Origin: Alphaproteobacteria bacterium
GTDB taxonomy: Bacteria > Pseudomonadota > Alphaproteobacteria > RF32 > CAG-239
DNA length: 64,000 nucleotides
Assembly (NCBI GenBank): GCA_045590955.1
Contig: JAZNSB010000059.1
Location: 2,760-66,759, forward strand
Direction of reading: 5' to 3'
The position numbers and the translations under genes are program-made. Shown in pieces: positions 29,686 through 39,396 of the stretch. How positions within the stretch are numbered: the stretch's first letter is position 1; every line of letters begins with the position of its first letter. The notes beneath the pieces are model-generated. The model saw only the letters and a list, made by a program, of their open reading frames with translations, searched no databases and was not told the origin of the DNA.

Positions 29686-30750
29686 TTACATTCTTTCAAA
29701 AAAGTTATCAAAAAATTCATTCAACAATCGTGGATGGTTTTCACTATTAAAAGCATCTGTAATAAACTTTTTAAGTTTCTCTTGAGAAATTCTTATTCTA
29801 AAGTCTTTTGGCGCGGCATTTTCTGCCCCTATAACTCCCATTATATTAAAATCTTCATCTATTTCTTCTTTTGCCAAAACAATGCTCATATCCGTAAACT
29901 TTAACATTCCTCGTGGAGGCAACCTCAAATCTGCTCTTGAAATAAGATTAATTTGTCCCTCAATGCCGGATACACTATCCATTTGATTATTCGCACTAAA
30001 GCGCACTTTATTATAATCCCCACCGGTTTCTCTGGTATTGCAAGACAAATAAATTTCTCTGGCGATTGCATTGCTGTTATTTTCTGCCGCCAACATAAAA
30101 CTGATTTTCACATATTTTTCAGGAGGATTATCAATACTTTTTGGATACAAGACATCTTCATCTGCATTTTCAATAATTTCAATTTTTTTATTTTCAATTA
30201 TTAAATCAATGTTTGGTTGCGGACGCTTTCCAAACATTCCGGCAATAACAGAATAAGGAGCCGGCACATTATTAGAGCCGGAACGAATATAAATTCTGTT
30301 ACCAACAGTTGACATAAGTGGTGCAGTCTCAGATTTTGGAATATATGTTGCAATATATCCATCTCCGTTAGCGTCGCTTGCAATAATGTGATTTCTTACT
30401 TTGTTATGAGAAGGCAACGTACAACCGGAAATTGCTCCTTCAAGCCAACTTAAAAAACGATGCACATTTTTTACTTTAACTTTTGCCTTTGCCACATCTC
30501 CAATTTCCACATCTCTGGAACATTCCACCCCCCAAACAATTACTCCTCCTTCAGAATTTCCAAATCCTGAAATTGCTTTGGCCAGGTTTTTTCTGTCATC
30601 TCTGTGCAGAGTATACATTTTTTGACCGGTAGAGGCAGCCTTTTTAAAATCTAAAAAAAGCTCTTCTGTTTGCAAATCAAGAATAAATTCATCTATTGCA
30701 TCTTCGCCAAAATATACCAAACGGTTAAAAATATCTTCTGCTCTGGACAT
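29686..30750 (-). CDS. AlbA_2 / Schlafen-like domain protein (putative ATP-dependent DNA-binding regulator)
   Basis: FLDFKKAASTGQKMYTLHRDDRKNLAKAISGFGNSEGGVIVWGV matches the AlbA_2 core. The start is chosen at MSRAEDIF, which has an aggag RBS. Confidence 0.5.
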   Translation of the reverse strand: MSRAEDIFNRLVYFGEDAIDEFILDLQTEELFLDFKKAASTGQKMYTLHRDDRKNLAKAISGFGNSEGGVIVWGVECSRDVEIGDVAKAKVKVKNVHRFLSWLEGAISGCTLPSHNKVRNHIIASDANGDGYIATYIPKSETAPLMSTVGNRIYIRSGSNNVPAPYSVIAGMFGKRPQPNIDLIIENKKIEIIENADEDVLYPKSIDNPPEKYVKISFMLAAENNSNAIAREIYLSCNTRETGGDYNKVRFSANNQMDSVSGIEGQINLISRADLRLPPRGMLKFTDMSIVLAKEEIDEDFNIMGVIGAENAAPKDFRIRISQEKLKKFITDAFNSENHPRLLNEFFDNFFERM

Positions 30751-30801
30751 ATTTTTTCTCCTGTTAAAGAATTTATGCCCATAATAAAACAAAAAGCTTA
30801 A

Positions 30802-32067
30802 TTATTGCTTTATAATTTTCTCAATTTCTTCAATTTGCAGATGATCTTTGGCATTTCCAAGCACAACATATGTTGGCTTTCCATAAAATATCCTTTTTGC
30901 CTCGCTTTGCACCTGTTCTTTAGTAACCGCTTGTATTTTATCAATTAGTTCTTCCGTTGTTTTTACTCTTGAATGCGTCAACAATTGTGAGGCCAAAAAT
31001 CTGGATGTAGCACCGGTTGATTCAAAAGCCATCAATATATCGGCTTTTAGCTGATTTTTTGCCTTATTCAGTTCTTTATCAGACACCGGTTCTGTACAAA
31101 TTTTACGTAATTCTTCACAAATTACCTCTGTCATTTGTTTAACTTTTTCATGACTTGTGCCGGCATAAACAGCAAAAGAACCTGCAGAATTATATGCTCT
31201 TGAAAAACAATATACACTATACGCCAAACCTCTTTTTTCTCTTACCTCTTGGAACAATCTTGAAGAAGATCCGCCTCCCAAAATATAAGACAAAGTTTCT
31301 ATCGGCATAAACCTTTCTTCTTCAAAATCATTAGCAGAAGCAAATCCTAAAACAATTCTGGTTTGTTCAGTATCTTTTTCTTTTAAACAAAAACCACCGG
31401 TATAATGAGCCAAAGGTCTTTTTGCAGTAGTCCTTGACCTGAAATTACCCCATTTTTGTTTAACAAGCTCCACAAACTGTGCATGATCAACCTTACCGCA
31501 AGCACAAGCCACAATGTTTTGTGCGCAATAATGATTCAACATATAGTTTTGCAAATCTTCTTTACCAAAACCCAAAACGCGTTCTTTTGTGCCCAGAATA
31601 TCTCTTCCCAAAGGCTGATCTTCAAACAACTTATTCTGAAACAAATCAAAAATCACATCATCCGGATCATCTGCCGAGCGTCTTATTTCTTGCACCACCA
31701 CATCTTGTTCTTTTTTAATTTCTTCTTCCGGAAAAGTAGAATTTAGCAAAATATCTGACAAAATATCTACCGCCAAAGGAATATGCTCTTTTAAAACCTT
31801 TGCATAAAAAGCTGTTGTTTCTCTTGATGTATATGCATTCATAGAACCGCCCACGCTTTCAATTTCTTCAGAAATTTGCTTTGCGGTTCTGGTTTTTGTG
31901 CCTTTAAAAGCCATATGTTCCAAAAAATGAGAAATTCCGTTTATTTCCAAATTTTCATCGGCAGAACCGGTATTTACAAAAAAGCCCACAGATGCAGATT
32001 CCAAACTTGGCATATTTGCAGTTAAAATTCTCAATCCGTTAGGCAATACAGATATTTTAAAATCCAT
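30802..32067 (-). CDS. M16-family zinc peptidase (insulinase/MPP-like)
   Basis: HFLEHMAFKGT is the inverted zincin HxxEH motif, and a downstream Glu is conserved. Confidence 0.8.
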   Translation of the reverse strand: MDFKISVLPNGLRILTANMPSLESASVGFFVNTGSADENLEINGISHFLEHMAFKGTKTRTAKQISEEIESVGGSMNAYTSRETTAFYAKVLKEHIPLAVDILSDILLNSTFPEEEIKKEQDVVVQEIRRSADDPDDVIFDLFQNKLFEDQPLGRDILGTKERVLGFGKEDLQNYMLNHYCAQNIVACACGKVDHAQFVELVKQKWGNFRSRTTAKRPLAHYTGGFCLKEKDTEQTRIVLGFASANDFEEERFMPIETLSYILGGGSSSRLFQEVREKRGLAYSVYCFSRAYNSAGSFAVYAGTSHEKVKQMTEVICEELRKICTEPVSDKELNKAKNQLKADILMAFESTGATSRFLASQLLTHSRVKTTEELIDKIQAVTKEQVQSEAKRIFYGKPTYVVLGNAKDHLQIEEIEKIIKQ

Positions 32068-32141
32068 TTTTAAATTCCTTGAAAAAGATTATATATTATG
32101 ACTAAATATATAATATATTTTTTATAATGAAAGGAAAATTT

Positions 32142-32798
32142 ATGACAAAATTTGCAGTTGTTCTATCCGGATGCGGAAACCAAGACGGAGCAGAAATTCA
32201 TGAAAGTGTTTGCACCCTTTTATCTTTAGATTTGGCAGGTGTAAAATATGAATGCTTTGCTCCGGATATTGAGCAAGACATTGTTAAAAACTTTATTACA
32301 AAAGAAAAAATGCCGGAAAATCGCAATGTATTAACAGAAAGCGCTCGCATTGCCAGAGGAAACATAAAAGATTTAGCTCAATTTTCTGCGCAAGATTTTG
32401 ACGGCATTATTTTCCCCGGAGGCATGGGAGCAGCCTTAAATCTTAGTGATTTTGCTCAAAAAGGAAAAATTGCACAGGTTAACCCACAGGTTAGAAATGC
32501 CATTGAAGAAGCTTATAGGCATAACATTGTAATTGCCGCAGAATGTATAGCCCCAACATTGTTGGCTTTGGTGTTGGGAAAATATGGCATAAAAATTACA
32601 ATCGGAGATGATGAAAATTTGGCAAAAACATTGGAAGAATTGGGAGTAAAACATCAAAAAACCAAGCCGACGGAAGCTTGCGTGGACAAAGAACACAAAA
32701 TTGTTACAACTGCCTGCTATATGTTTGACATTGGCATAAAAGATGTATTCTTAAGCACTCAAAACTTAGTTAAAGAATGCCTTAATTTGCTAAAATAA
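32142..32798 (+). CDS. elbB: ElbB / ES1-family (DJ-1/PfpI-like) protein
   Basis: MTKFAVVLSGCGNQDGAEIHESVCTLLSL...CFAPD... aligns closely with E. coli ElbB. The start is moved to the ATG with an aaggaaaa RBS. Confidence 0.7.
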   Translation: MTKFAVVLSGCGNQDGAEIHESVCTLLSLDLAGVKYECFAPDIEQDIVKNFITKEKMPENRNVLTESARIARGNIKDLAQFSAQDFDGIIFPGGMGAALNLSDFAQKGKIAQVNPQVRNAIEEAYRHNIVIAAECIAPTLLALVLGKYGIKITIGDDENLAKTLEELGVKHQKTKPTEACVDKEHKIVTTACYMFDIGIKDVFLSTQNLVKECLNLLK

Positions 32799-32828
32799 AA
32801 AAGGTCCGACTTTTGTCGGACCCGTAAA

Positions 32829-33269
32829 CTAAGTTGTTTTTTCTTTAATTTTGTTGTCTACAAGCATTTTTAATGCCTCTATGCTTATAATCCTTTGGTT
32901 AAAGCTTGAGGCTTGTTCGTGTTTTCCGAAAACGGTGGCTTCATTTTTGCAAGAATGGTAAATCTGCATGTCAAAAATAAGCTCATTGTTTAGTGTGTTT
33001 AGCTCCTTTACGGTCAAATCTTCAAGGATTGAAACAACTTGTTCCAAATTTGGAACAGACATGAAACAAAAGCTTTCATCCATCAATTGTTTTGTTTCTC
33101 TTAAAGGGAGGTGATTCCAGAGACATTCCCGAATGAAATCATAGTCCAAAACATTTTCTTCAGATTGTTTTTTGGTGTTGATTCCCTGCTTTTTTGCCTG
33201 TTTTTCAACAATTGTGGCCAGCACACAAACTATTACGGCAGCTGCCAAAAAAAATAATACATTTTCCAT
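32829..33269 (-). CDS. Hypothetical protein with an N-terminal signal/anchor
   Basis: An ORF with a terminator hairpin (ggtccgac-tttt-gtcggacc, 32803..32822) downstream. Confidence 0.3.
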   Translation of the reverse strand: MENVLFFLAAAVIVCVLATIVEKQAKKQGINTKKQSEENVLDYDFIRECLWNHLPLRETKQLMDESFCFMSVPNLEQVVSILEDLTVKELNTLNNELIFDMQIYHSCKNEATVFGKHEQASSFNQRIISIEALKMLVDNKIKEKTT

Positions 33270-33378
33270 ACTTATTAAATTTTAGAATTGTTATTTAATT
33301 TTGAACAGATATATAAACCATAAAGCCAAAAAAATCAAGCACAAAAAAGAGAGGTTCTGACACCTCTCTTTTTGTTTC

Positions 33379-33726
33379 TTAAATCTGTTTTTTTTCTGCA
33401 TCTATCAATATAGCCGTCAAAAACATGATAATTGTTGCTATGGCAAAACCACCACAAAACAACAAAAATGCTCCGTCGTCTTCAACTTCTCTGGGCACAC
33501 TTGTATATATAAAGGCCACACAGGTTCCAAACATTACCGGCATAGAAGTTATGCTCAACACCCTTGGTCTGATAAACCAAACCAACAGCTGCAAAATCAA
33601 ACCGGCCAGTGCAATAAGACAGATAGCCTGCCAGTCAATAGGCCAAAAAAAGCATACGCACAGCGCCCAAAAAAATGTTGCAAAAGAGGGCATAAGCAAC
33701 GCAGATAAATTTTTTTTAAGTTTCAT
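33379..33726 (-). CDS. Hypothetical small membrane protein (3-4 TM)
   Basis: A hydrophobic ORF followed by the terminator aagagaggt-tctgac-acctctctt. Confidence 0.3.
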   Translation of the reverse strand: MKLKKNLSALLMPSFATFFWALCVCFFWPIDWQAICLIALAGLILQLLVWFIRPRVLSITSMPVMFGTCVAFIYTSVPREVEDDGAFLLFCGGFAIATIIMFLTAILIDAEKKQI

Positions 33727-33860
33727 AACCTCATAATTTTTAGTGACACATTCTTAAAACAATGAATACAGATTTACATTTATTTATTAAAAAAGCAACA
33801 GTTTTTTTTGACTCCTAAAACAAAAACATATAAGCTATTGAACAAAAAAGAGGCTTAAAA

Positions 33861-34799
33861 ATGACAGAAACAAAAAAAGCAAGTAAAAACCGCACAATCA
33901 TTTTATCAAAAATTCAAGAAAAGATGCTGTCACCTGATTTACTCAGTCTGTCTAAACCGGCAACCGTTGCCCAACTCACAAATGCCACAATTAATCAAGA
34001 TTTAATGGACTGTCTTGATAAATTACCCAAAAAATTTATAGATTTGTTGTTTATTGACCCTCCATACAATCTAAACAAATCTTTTAACCAGCTAAAATTT
34101 AAAAAAACAGATGATGAGCACTATCAATCTTGGTTTGAAAGTTGGTTTGAAAAACTTATCCCATGCTTAAAACCAACCGCCTCAGTATATGTTTGTTGCG
34201 ACTGGGTTTCAAGCCCCGCCATATATAATGTTTTAAAAAAACACTTAATTATCAGAAATCGCATTACCTGGGAAAGAGAAAAAGGCAGAGGTGCAAAAAA
34301 CAACTGGAAAAACTGCTCAGAAGACATTTGGTTTGCCACAATGTCAGATGATTATTACTTTAACTGTGATGCCGTAAAACTCAAAAAAAGAGTTCTTGCC
34401 CCATATAAAGATAAATCCGGTCAACCAAAAGACTGGCAAGAAAGTGATAATGGAAAATATCGCTTAACACACCCGTCAAACCTGTGGAATGACATCTCTA
34501 TCCCTTTTTGGTCAATGCCTGAAAACACAGATCATCCCACTCAAAAGCCTGAAAAACTTGTTGCAAAAATCATTTTAGCATCAAGCAAAGAAAAAGACTT
34601 TGTCTTTGACCCGTTTTTGGGCTCGGGCACAACCTCTGTTGTTGCAAAAAAATTAAATCGCAAATTCTGTGGTATTGAGCAAGACAAACACTTTGCCCTC
34701 ACTGCCCTTCGCAGATTGCAAATGGCAGAAGAGAACAAAGAAATACAAGGCTATCATGAAGGCCTGTTTTGGGAACGCAATTCACATCCCAAAAAGTAA
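33861..34799 (+). CDS. Beta-class N6-adenine/N4-cytosine DNA methyltransferase, CcrM/M.HinfI-like, orphan
   Basis: FIDLLFIDPPYNL (motif IV), HPTQKPEKLV and DPFLGSGTTSVVAKKLNRKFCGIE (motif I) align closely with Caulobacter CcrM (…DPPYNL…AHPTQKPEALL…[24 protein letters not shown]). CcrM's C-terminal 80-aa extension is absent. No restriction gene is adjacent. Confidence 0.75.
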   Translation: MTETKKASKNRTIILSKIQEKMLSPDLLSLSKPATVAQLTNATINQDLMDCLDKLPKKFIDLLFIDPPYNLNKSFNQLKFKKTDDEHYQSWFESWFEKLIPCLKPTASVYVCCDWVSSPAIYNVLKKHLIIRNRITWEREKGRGAKNNWKNCSEDIWFATMSDDYYFNCDAVKLKKRVLAPYKDKSGQPKDWQESDNGKYRLTHPSNLWNDISIPFWSMPENTDHPTQKPEKLVAKIILASSKEKDFVFDPFLGSGTTSVVAKKLNRKFCGIEQDKHFALTALRRLQMAEENKEIQGYHEGLFWERNSHPKK

Positions 34800-36563
34800 T
34801 TAATCTTTTGCTACAATGCAAATTCCCAACTCTTTAAGTTGCTCCGGCGTAACATTGCTTGGAGCTTGCATCATCAAATCTTGTGCTTTACCATTTAACG
34901 GGAAAGCAATCACATCACGAATAATTGGCTCATCCAAAAGCAACATGATAATTCTATCAACACCAAAAGCAGAACCGGCGTGAGGAGGTGCACCAAACTT
35001 AAACGCATTTATCATACCCCCAAATTTCTCATCCACAACAGAATTTGCATATCCGGCAATTTCAAATGCCTTATACATAATTTGCGGATTATGGTTTCTA
35101 ACTGCACCGGACAAAATTTCAGCGCCGTTACAAACCAAATCATATTGATATGCCAATATATCTAACGGATTTTTGTTAAGTAGAGCATCCATTTCGCCCT
35201 GAGGCATAGAAAACGGATTATGAGAAAATTCCACTTTTCCGGTTTCCTCATTTTCTTCATACATCGGAAAATCCACAATCCATGCAAACTTAACGGCATT
35301 TTTATCTGTCAGGTTCAAATCATTTGCCAATTTTTCACGCAATTTTCCTGCAAACTTAGGCAATGTTTTTGTATTGCCCGTCACAAAGAAAACAGCTCCG
35401 TTATCAGGCACATTAAGTTCTTGTTTAATCTGATTTTGTTTCTCAGGTGTCAACACTCGGGCCAATCCCTTATTTCCTTCTTGCAAATAAGAAACATACG
35501 CCACACCGCCAAAACCGTTTTCTTTTCCAAAGGCATCTATTTTATCAAAGAAAGATCTGGGGTTTGTTGCCACATCTTTTACCACAATGGCTCTTACAAT
35601 GTTTCCTTCCTTAACTTTTTCATCATATACAGAAAAACCGCTGTCCCCAAACAAGTGAGTTGCTTCTTGTATTTCAAGCGGATTTCTCAAATCAGGCTTA
35701 TCTGTTCCATATTTAAGCATAGAAAGGTTATATGGAATATGAACGAACGGTTTTGCATCTACTGTTTTTTGCGGATTAAATTCCACAAAGATAGTGTGCA
35801 ATACATTTTCAATTACGGCAAAAACGTCTTCTTGAGTTGCAAAACTCATTTCCATATCCATCTGATAAAATTCTCCGGGAGACCTGTCTGCTCTTGGATC
35901 CTCGTCTCTAAAACACGGAGCAATTTGAAAATATCTGTCAAAACCAGACACCATCAACAGCTGTTTAAATTGTTGCGGAGCTTGTGGTAAAGCAAAAAAT
36001 TTACCGGGATTTAGTCTTGACGGCACCAAAAAATCTCTTGCACCTTCAGGAGAAGAAGAAGTTAAAATCGGAGTTTGAAATTCATTAAAACCGCTTTCAA
36101 ACATTAACTCTCTAATTCTTTTTATTACCTTTGAGCGCAAAATTATATTGTTATGGATTCTTTCTTTTCTCAAATCTAAAAAACGATATTTCAAACGAAT
36201 ATCTTCCGGAGCATCATCTTCCACTGCAATTTGAAATGGAATAATCTCAGATGTTGAATAAACTTTCAAAGAATTTACTTTAATTTCAATATCTCCTGTC
36301 GGCATATTTTTATTTATACTTTCTCTTTTAATAACTTCTCCTTCAATACCAATCACAGATTCTGCTCTTAATGCATCAATTTGATTAAACAAATCTGAAG
36401 AAGAATCAAACACACATTGTGTAATGCCGTAATGGTCTCGCAAATCCACAAAGCACAAATTACCCAAATTTCTTTTGCGATGTATCCAACCTGCCAGTTT
36501 TACTGTTTTTTGCACATCAGCCAGTCTTAACTCGCCACATGTATGAGAACGATATTGATGCAT
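34800..36563 (-). CDS. aspS: Aspartyl-tRNA synthetase
   Basis: A 587-aa class II aaRS with the anticodon-binding OB domain plus motifs (FRDEDPRADRSPGEFYQMDMEMSF; GGAPPHAGSAFGVDRIIMLL). Confidence 0.95.
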   Translation of the reverse strand: MHQYRSHTCGELRLADVQKTVKLAGWIHRKRNLGNLCFVDLRDHYGITQCVFDSSSDLFNQIDALRAESVIGIEGEVIKRESINKNMPTGDIEIKVNSLKVYSTSEIIPFQIAVEDDAPEDIRLKYRFLDLRKERIHNNIILRSKVIKRIRELMFESGFNEFQTPILTSSSPEGARDFLVPSRLNPGKFFALPQAPQQFKQLLMVSGFDRYFQIAPCFRDEDPRADRSPGEFYQMDMEMSFATQEDVFAVIENVLHTIFVEFNPQKTVDAKPFVHIPYNLSMLKYGTDKPDLRNPLEIQEATHLFGDSGFSVYDEKVKEGNIVRAIVVKDVATNPRSFFDKIDAFGKENGFGGVAYVSYLQEGNKGLARVLTPEKQNQIKQELNVPDNGAVFFVTGNTKTLPKFAGKLREKLANDLNLTDKNAVKFAWIVDFPMYEENEETGKVEFSHNPFSMPQGEMDALLNKNPLDILAYQYDLVCNGAEILSGAVRNHNPQIMYKAFEIAGYANSVVDEKFGGMINAFKFGAPPHAGSAFGVDRIIMLLLDEPIIRDVIAFPLNGKAQDLMMQAPSNVTPEQLKELGICIVAKD

Positions 36564-36632
36564 AATTTTTTCCTTCTTTTAAGTTTTATTACAGATTGTT
36601 TTATTCTTTTAAAACAATAAATTCAAGTAAAT

Positions 36633-37514
36633 TTACATATTTCTTTGAATAATAAAGTCTGCCAGTTCTTTTAAGATTGTTGCTTTTTCTCCAAACATAT
36701 CCAAAGATTGTTTTGCCTGCTCAGTCAAATCTTGTTCCATTTGCTTTGCCTTTTCCAAACCATAAAGCGTTACAAATGTCACTTTTCCTTGTTCTTTGTC
36801 TTTTCTCAAAGTTTTGCCCACAAGCTTTGCATCTCCCTGATAATCTAAAATATCGTCAGATATCTGAAATGTCATTCCAATGTTGGTTGCATACTTAAGC
36901 AAAGCTTGTGTTTCTTCAGCACTTGCATTTCCCAAAACAGCACCGGCTTCAATTGCATATTTAAGCAATCTTCCCGTTTTCATTTTTTCAATTCTGGCAA
37001 TCAAATTTTCATCTTTTTGCGGATTTTTTTCTGCATACAAATCAAGCATCTGTCCGGCAACCATTCCGTCATAAGCACCGGCGGCATTTGCCAACAATTT
37101 AACCAGTTTACACTTTTTCTCATCAGATAGTTTTGCATCTGCAATAACCTCAAAAGCCTTTGTCAACAATCCGTCTCCGGCAATAATAGCCGTTGCTTCA
37201 TCAAATTGTTTATGGCAAGTTGGCTTTCCGCGTCTGAAATCATCATTATCCATTGCCGGCAAATCATCATGAATTAAAGAATATGTATGCAACATTTCCA
37301 AAGATACCCCCACATCAATGGCATCTTCAAAACTCAGTCCGAACATTTTGGCACAATTATACACCAAAAACGGTCTCAATCTTTTTCCACCGGCTTTTAC
37401 GGAATATTCCATTGCTTCAATCACTCTTTTTTCTGCTCCATCCGGCTTTGCAAAAAAACGGTCCAACTGAGCATTAAACTGCTCAGAAAAATTTTCAATT
37501 TCAGTCAAAATCAT
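36633..37514 (-). CDS. ispA: Farnesyl/geranyl diphosphate synthase (polyprenyl synthetase)
   Basis: The first DDxxD motif (LIHDDLPAMDNDDFRRGKPT) and the second (FQISDDILD) are both present. Confidence 0.85.
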   Translation of the reverse strand: MILTEIENFSEQFNAQLDRFFAKPDGAEKRVIEAMEYSVKAGGKRLRPFLVYNCAKMFGLSFEDAIDVGVSLEMLHTYSLIHDDLPAMDNDDFRRGKPTCHKQFDEATAIIAGDGLLTKAFEVIADAKLSDEKKCKLVKLLANAAGAYDGMVAGQMLDLYAEKNPQKDENLIARIEKMKTGRLLKYAIEAGAVLGNASAEETQALLKYATNIGMTFQISDDILDYQGDAKLVGKTLRKDKEQGKVTFVTLYGLEKAKQMEQDLTEQAKQSLDMFGEKATILKELADFIIQRNM

Positions 37515-37747
37515 TCTTCGTCACTTTCAAATTTTGTTAAAGATACACTTCCGTCTTCATTCATGCATATTTTTTCAATTTTAAGCTCAGCTTCTTTAAG
37601 TTTTTGTTCACAAAACTTTTTCAATTTCATTGCTTTTTCATAAGATACTGCAGCATCTTCAAGCTTCACCTTACCGCTTTCCAGCTCTTTTACAATTTGT
37701 TCCAAATCGCCAAGGGCTGTTTCAAAAGTTAAATTTTCTTCAGACAT
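37511..37747 (-). CDS. xseB: Exodeoxyribonuclease VII small subunit
   Basis: LTFETALGDLEQIVKELESGKVKLEDAAVSYEKAMKLKKFCEQKL is the canonical XseB, and it overlaps the ispA start as in many bacteria. Confidence 0.85.
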   Translation of the reverse strand: MSEENLTFETALGDLEQIVKELESGKVKLEDAAVSYEKAMKLKKFCEQKLKEAELKIEKICMNEDGSVSLTKFESDEE

Positions 37748-37870
37748 ATTCTCTCCCGAATTTTTTTGATTATTATTTTCATATCATATTAAAGTTTATA
37801 TATCAATTAGCTTTATAACACATTTTAACAACTTAAATAACGATTACATTCTTTGCCAAGGAGATTTATC

Positions 37871-38134
37871 ATGAACACAGAACAACTAGCACGTATATTA
37901 CAACTTTTATCCAACCCTAAAAGACTTCAAATTCTTTTTTTACTAAAAGAAAAAGAACAAAATGTAAAATCCATTGAAGAACAAATAGACTTATCTCAGT
38001 CAGCTTTATCGCAACACTTGGCTTTATTAAGAAAATTTGACATTGTCCAGACAAAAAGAGTTGCCCAAAACATTTTTTATTCTATAAAAGACCAAAAAGT
38101 ATTGTCTATATTGGAGTTACTCAGCAAATTATAA
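37871..38134 (+). CDS. ArsR/SmtB-family transcriptional regulator
   Basis: MNTEQLARILQLLSNPKRLQILFLL...LSQSALSQHLALLRKFDIV. There is an aaggag RBS 7 nt upstream of this ATG. Confidence 0.7.
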   Translation: MNTEQLARILQLLSNPKRLQILFLLKEKEQNVKSIEEQIDLSQSALSQHLALLRKFDIVQTKRVAQNIFYSIKDQKVLSILELLSKL

Positions 38135-39310
38135 AGTTGTGATTTTCACATTTTTTCTTTTTGCATCAAAACCAAAAGCAATTTTTCCGTCTCTTAAAAG
38201 CAGAGCATCCTTACCAAACACATCAAATCTCCATCCGCTTAAAAGAGGATTTTGTTTATCATCAAAAGATGCCAAGCGCTTTAAATCATCTTCCGTTGCA
38301 ATCAGTCTTGCCACAATACCAGTTTCCAAACTTTTTAATTTGAGCAAAAGCTTCATCAATTCCAACAAACCCGGACAATAATTTCCGCCCCCCTCTGTTT
38401 CCAACTTAACATAGTCTTTAGCAGATAGTTTCTTAAAGTTTTCAACCACCTGCAAAATTTCAACAGCCAATTTTCCTTCCACAATATCTTTACGCATGTT
38501 TCTAATGTTTGCCAACTGTTCATGAGTGGTAGGGCATTCAGAAGCAATGTTCAGCAAACATTCATCTTTTACAATGTTTTGTCTTGGCAAATTTTTTCGT
38601 TTTGCTCTTTCTTCTCGCCAAGCTGCTAATTCTCTCAGCAGAGTCAAAAATCTTACATTATGAGATCTGTGCTTAATTTTTTTCCATGCATCTTTTGGAT
38701 CTGTTTCATATGTATTTTCATCAGATAAAATTTTTAATTCTTCAAAACAACACTCTTCATGTTTGTTGTGCTCTAATTTTTTCTTCAGAAACAAGTAAAT
38801 GTCTTTCAAATAAGTCACATCACAAATTGCATAATTAAGCTGTTTTTCATCAAGCGGGCGTTTACTCCAATTTGTAAGCCTGCAAGTCTTATCTAATTCT
38901 GCCTTACAAACAAACCTTACCAAATTTTCATAACTGATAGATTCTCCAAAACCGCAAGCCATCGCCGCTACTTGAGTATCAAATATATTTTGAGGTATTT
39001 TTCCGCTTATATTATATAAAATTTCAATGTCTTGTCTTCCCGAATGAAAAACCTTAACCACATTTTGGTTTTGCATCAAATCAAAAAAACTCTGCAAATT
39101 AATATCTTCTGCCAAAGGGTCTATTATCACATCATTTTTTTCAGAGCCCACCTGAATAAGGCACAATTTTGCATAATATGTTTTTTCTCTCAAAAACTCT
39201 AAATCAACGGTTATAAATTTATCATTTTCCAAAGATTTACAAAAATCATTAAGTTCTGCTGTTGTAGTAATAAGTTTCATTTTTCCATCCGGTATATTAA
39301 CTTTTTGCAT
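38129..39310 (-). CDS. rnd: Ribonuclease D
   Basis: The DEDDy 3'-5' exonuclease motifs (FITVDLEF..., ...HSGRQDIEIL, YAICDVTYL) are followed by an HRDC-like region. Confidence 0.8.
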   Translation of the reverse strand: MQKVNIPDGKMKLITTTAELNDFCKSLENDKFITVDLEFLREKTYYAKLCLIQVGSEKNDVIIDPLAEDINLQSFFDLMQNQNVVKVFHSGRQDIEILYNISGKIPQNIFDTQVAAMACGFGESISYENLVRFVCKAELDKTCRLTNWSKRPLDEKQLNYAICDVTYLKDIYLFLKKKLEHNKHEECCFEELKILSDENTYETDPKDAWKKIKHRSHNVRFLTLLRELAAWREERAKRKNLPRQNIVKDECLLNIASECPTTHEQLANIRNMRKDIVEGKLAVEILQVVENFKKLSAKDYVKLETEGGGNYCPGLLELMKLLLKLKSLETGIVARLIATEDDLKRLASFDDKQNPLLSGWRFDVFGKDALLLRDGKIAFGFDAKRKNVKITTL

Positions 39311-39396
39311 TATATAACCACATATCCTATTTTCAAGAATTTTCTCACAAAAAAAGGCGGTAAAAAACCGCCTTTCTTTTTTACAATTGCAAAGAG

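Noticed and set aside
35220-35990. 256-aa plus-strand ORF
   Set aside because: It lies entirely antisense within aspS, whose translation is unambiguous. Its low-complexity F/I/C-rich product is typical of AT-rich antisense frames.
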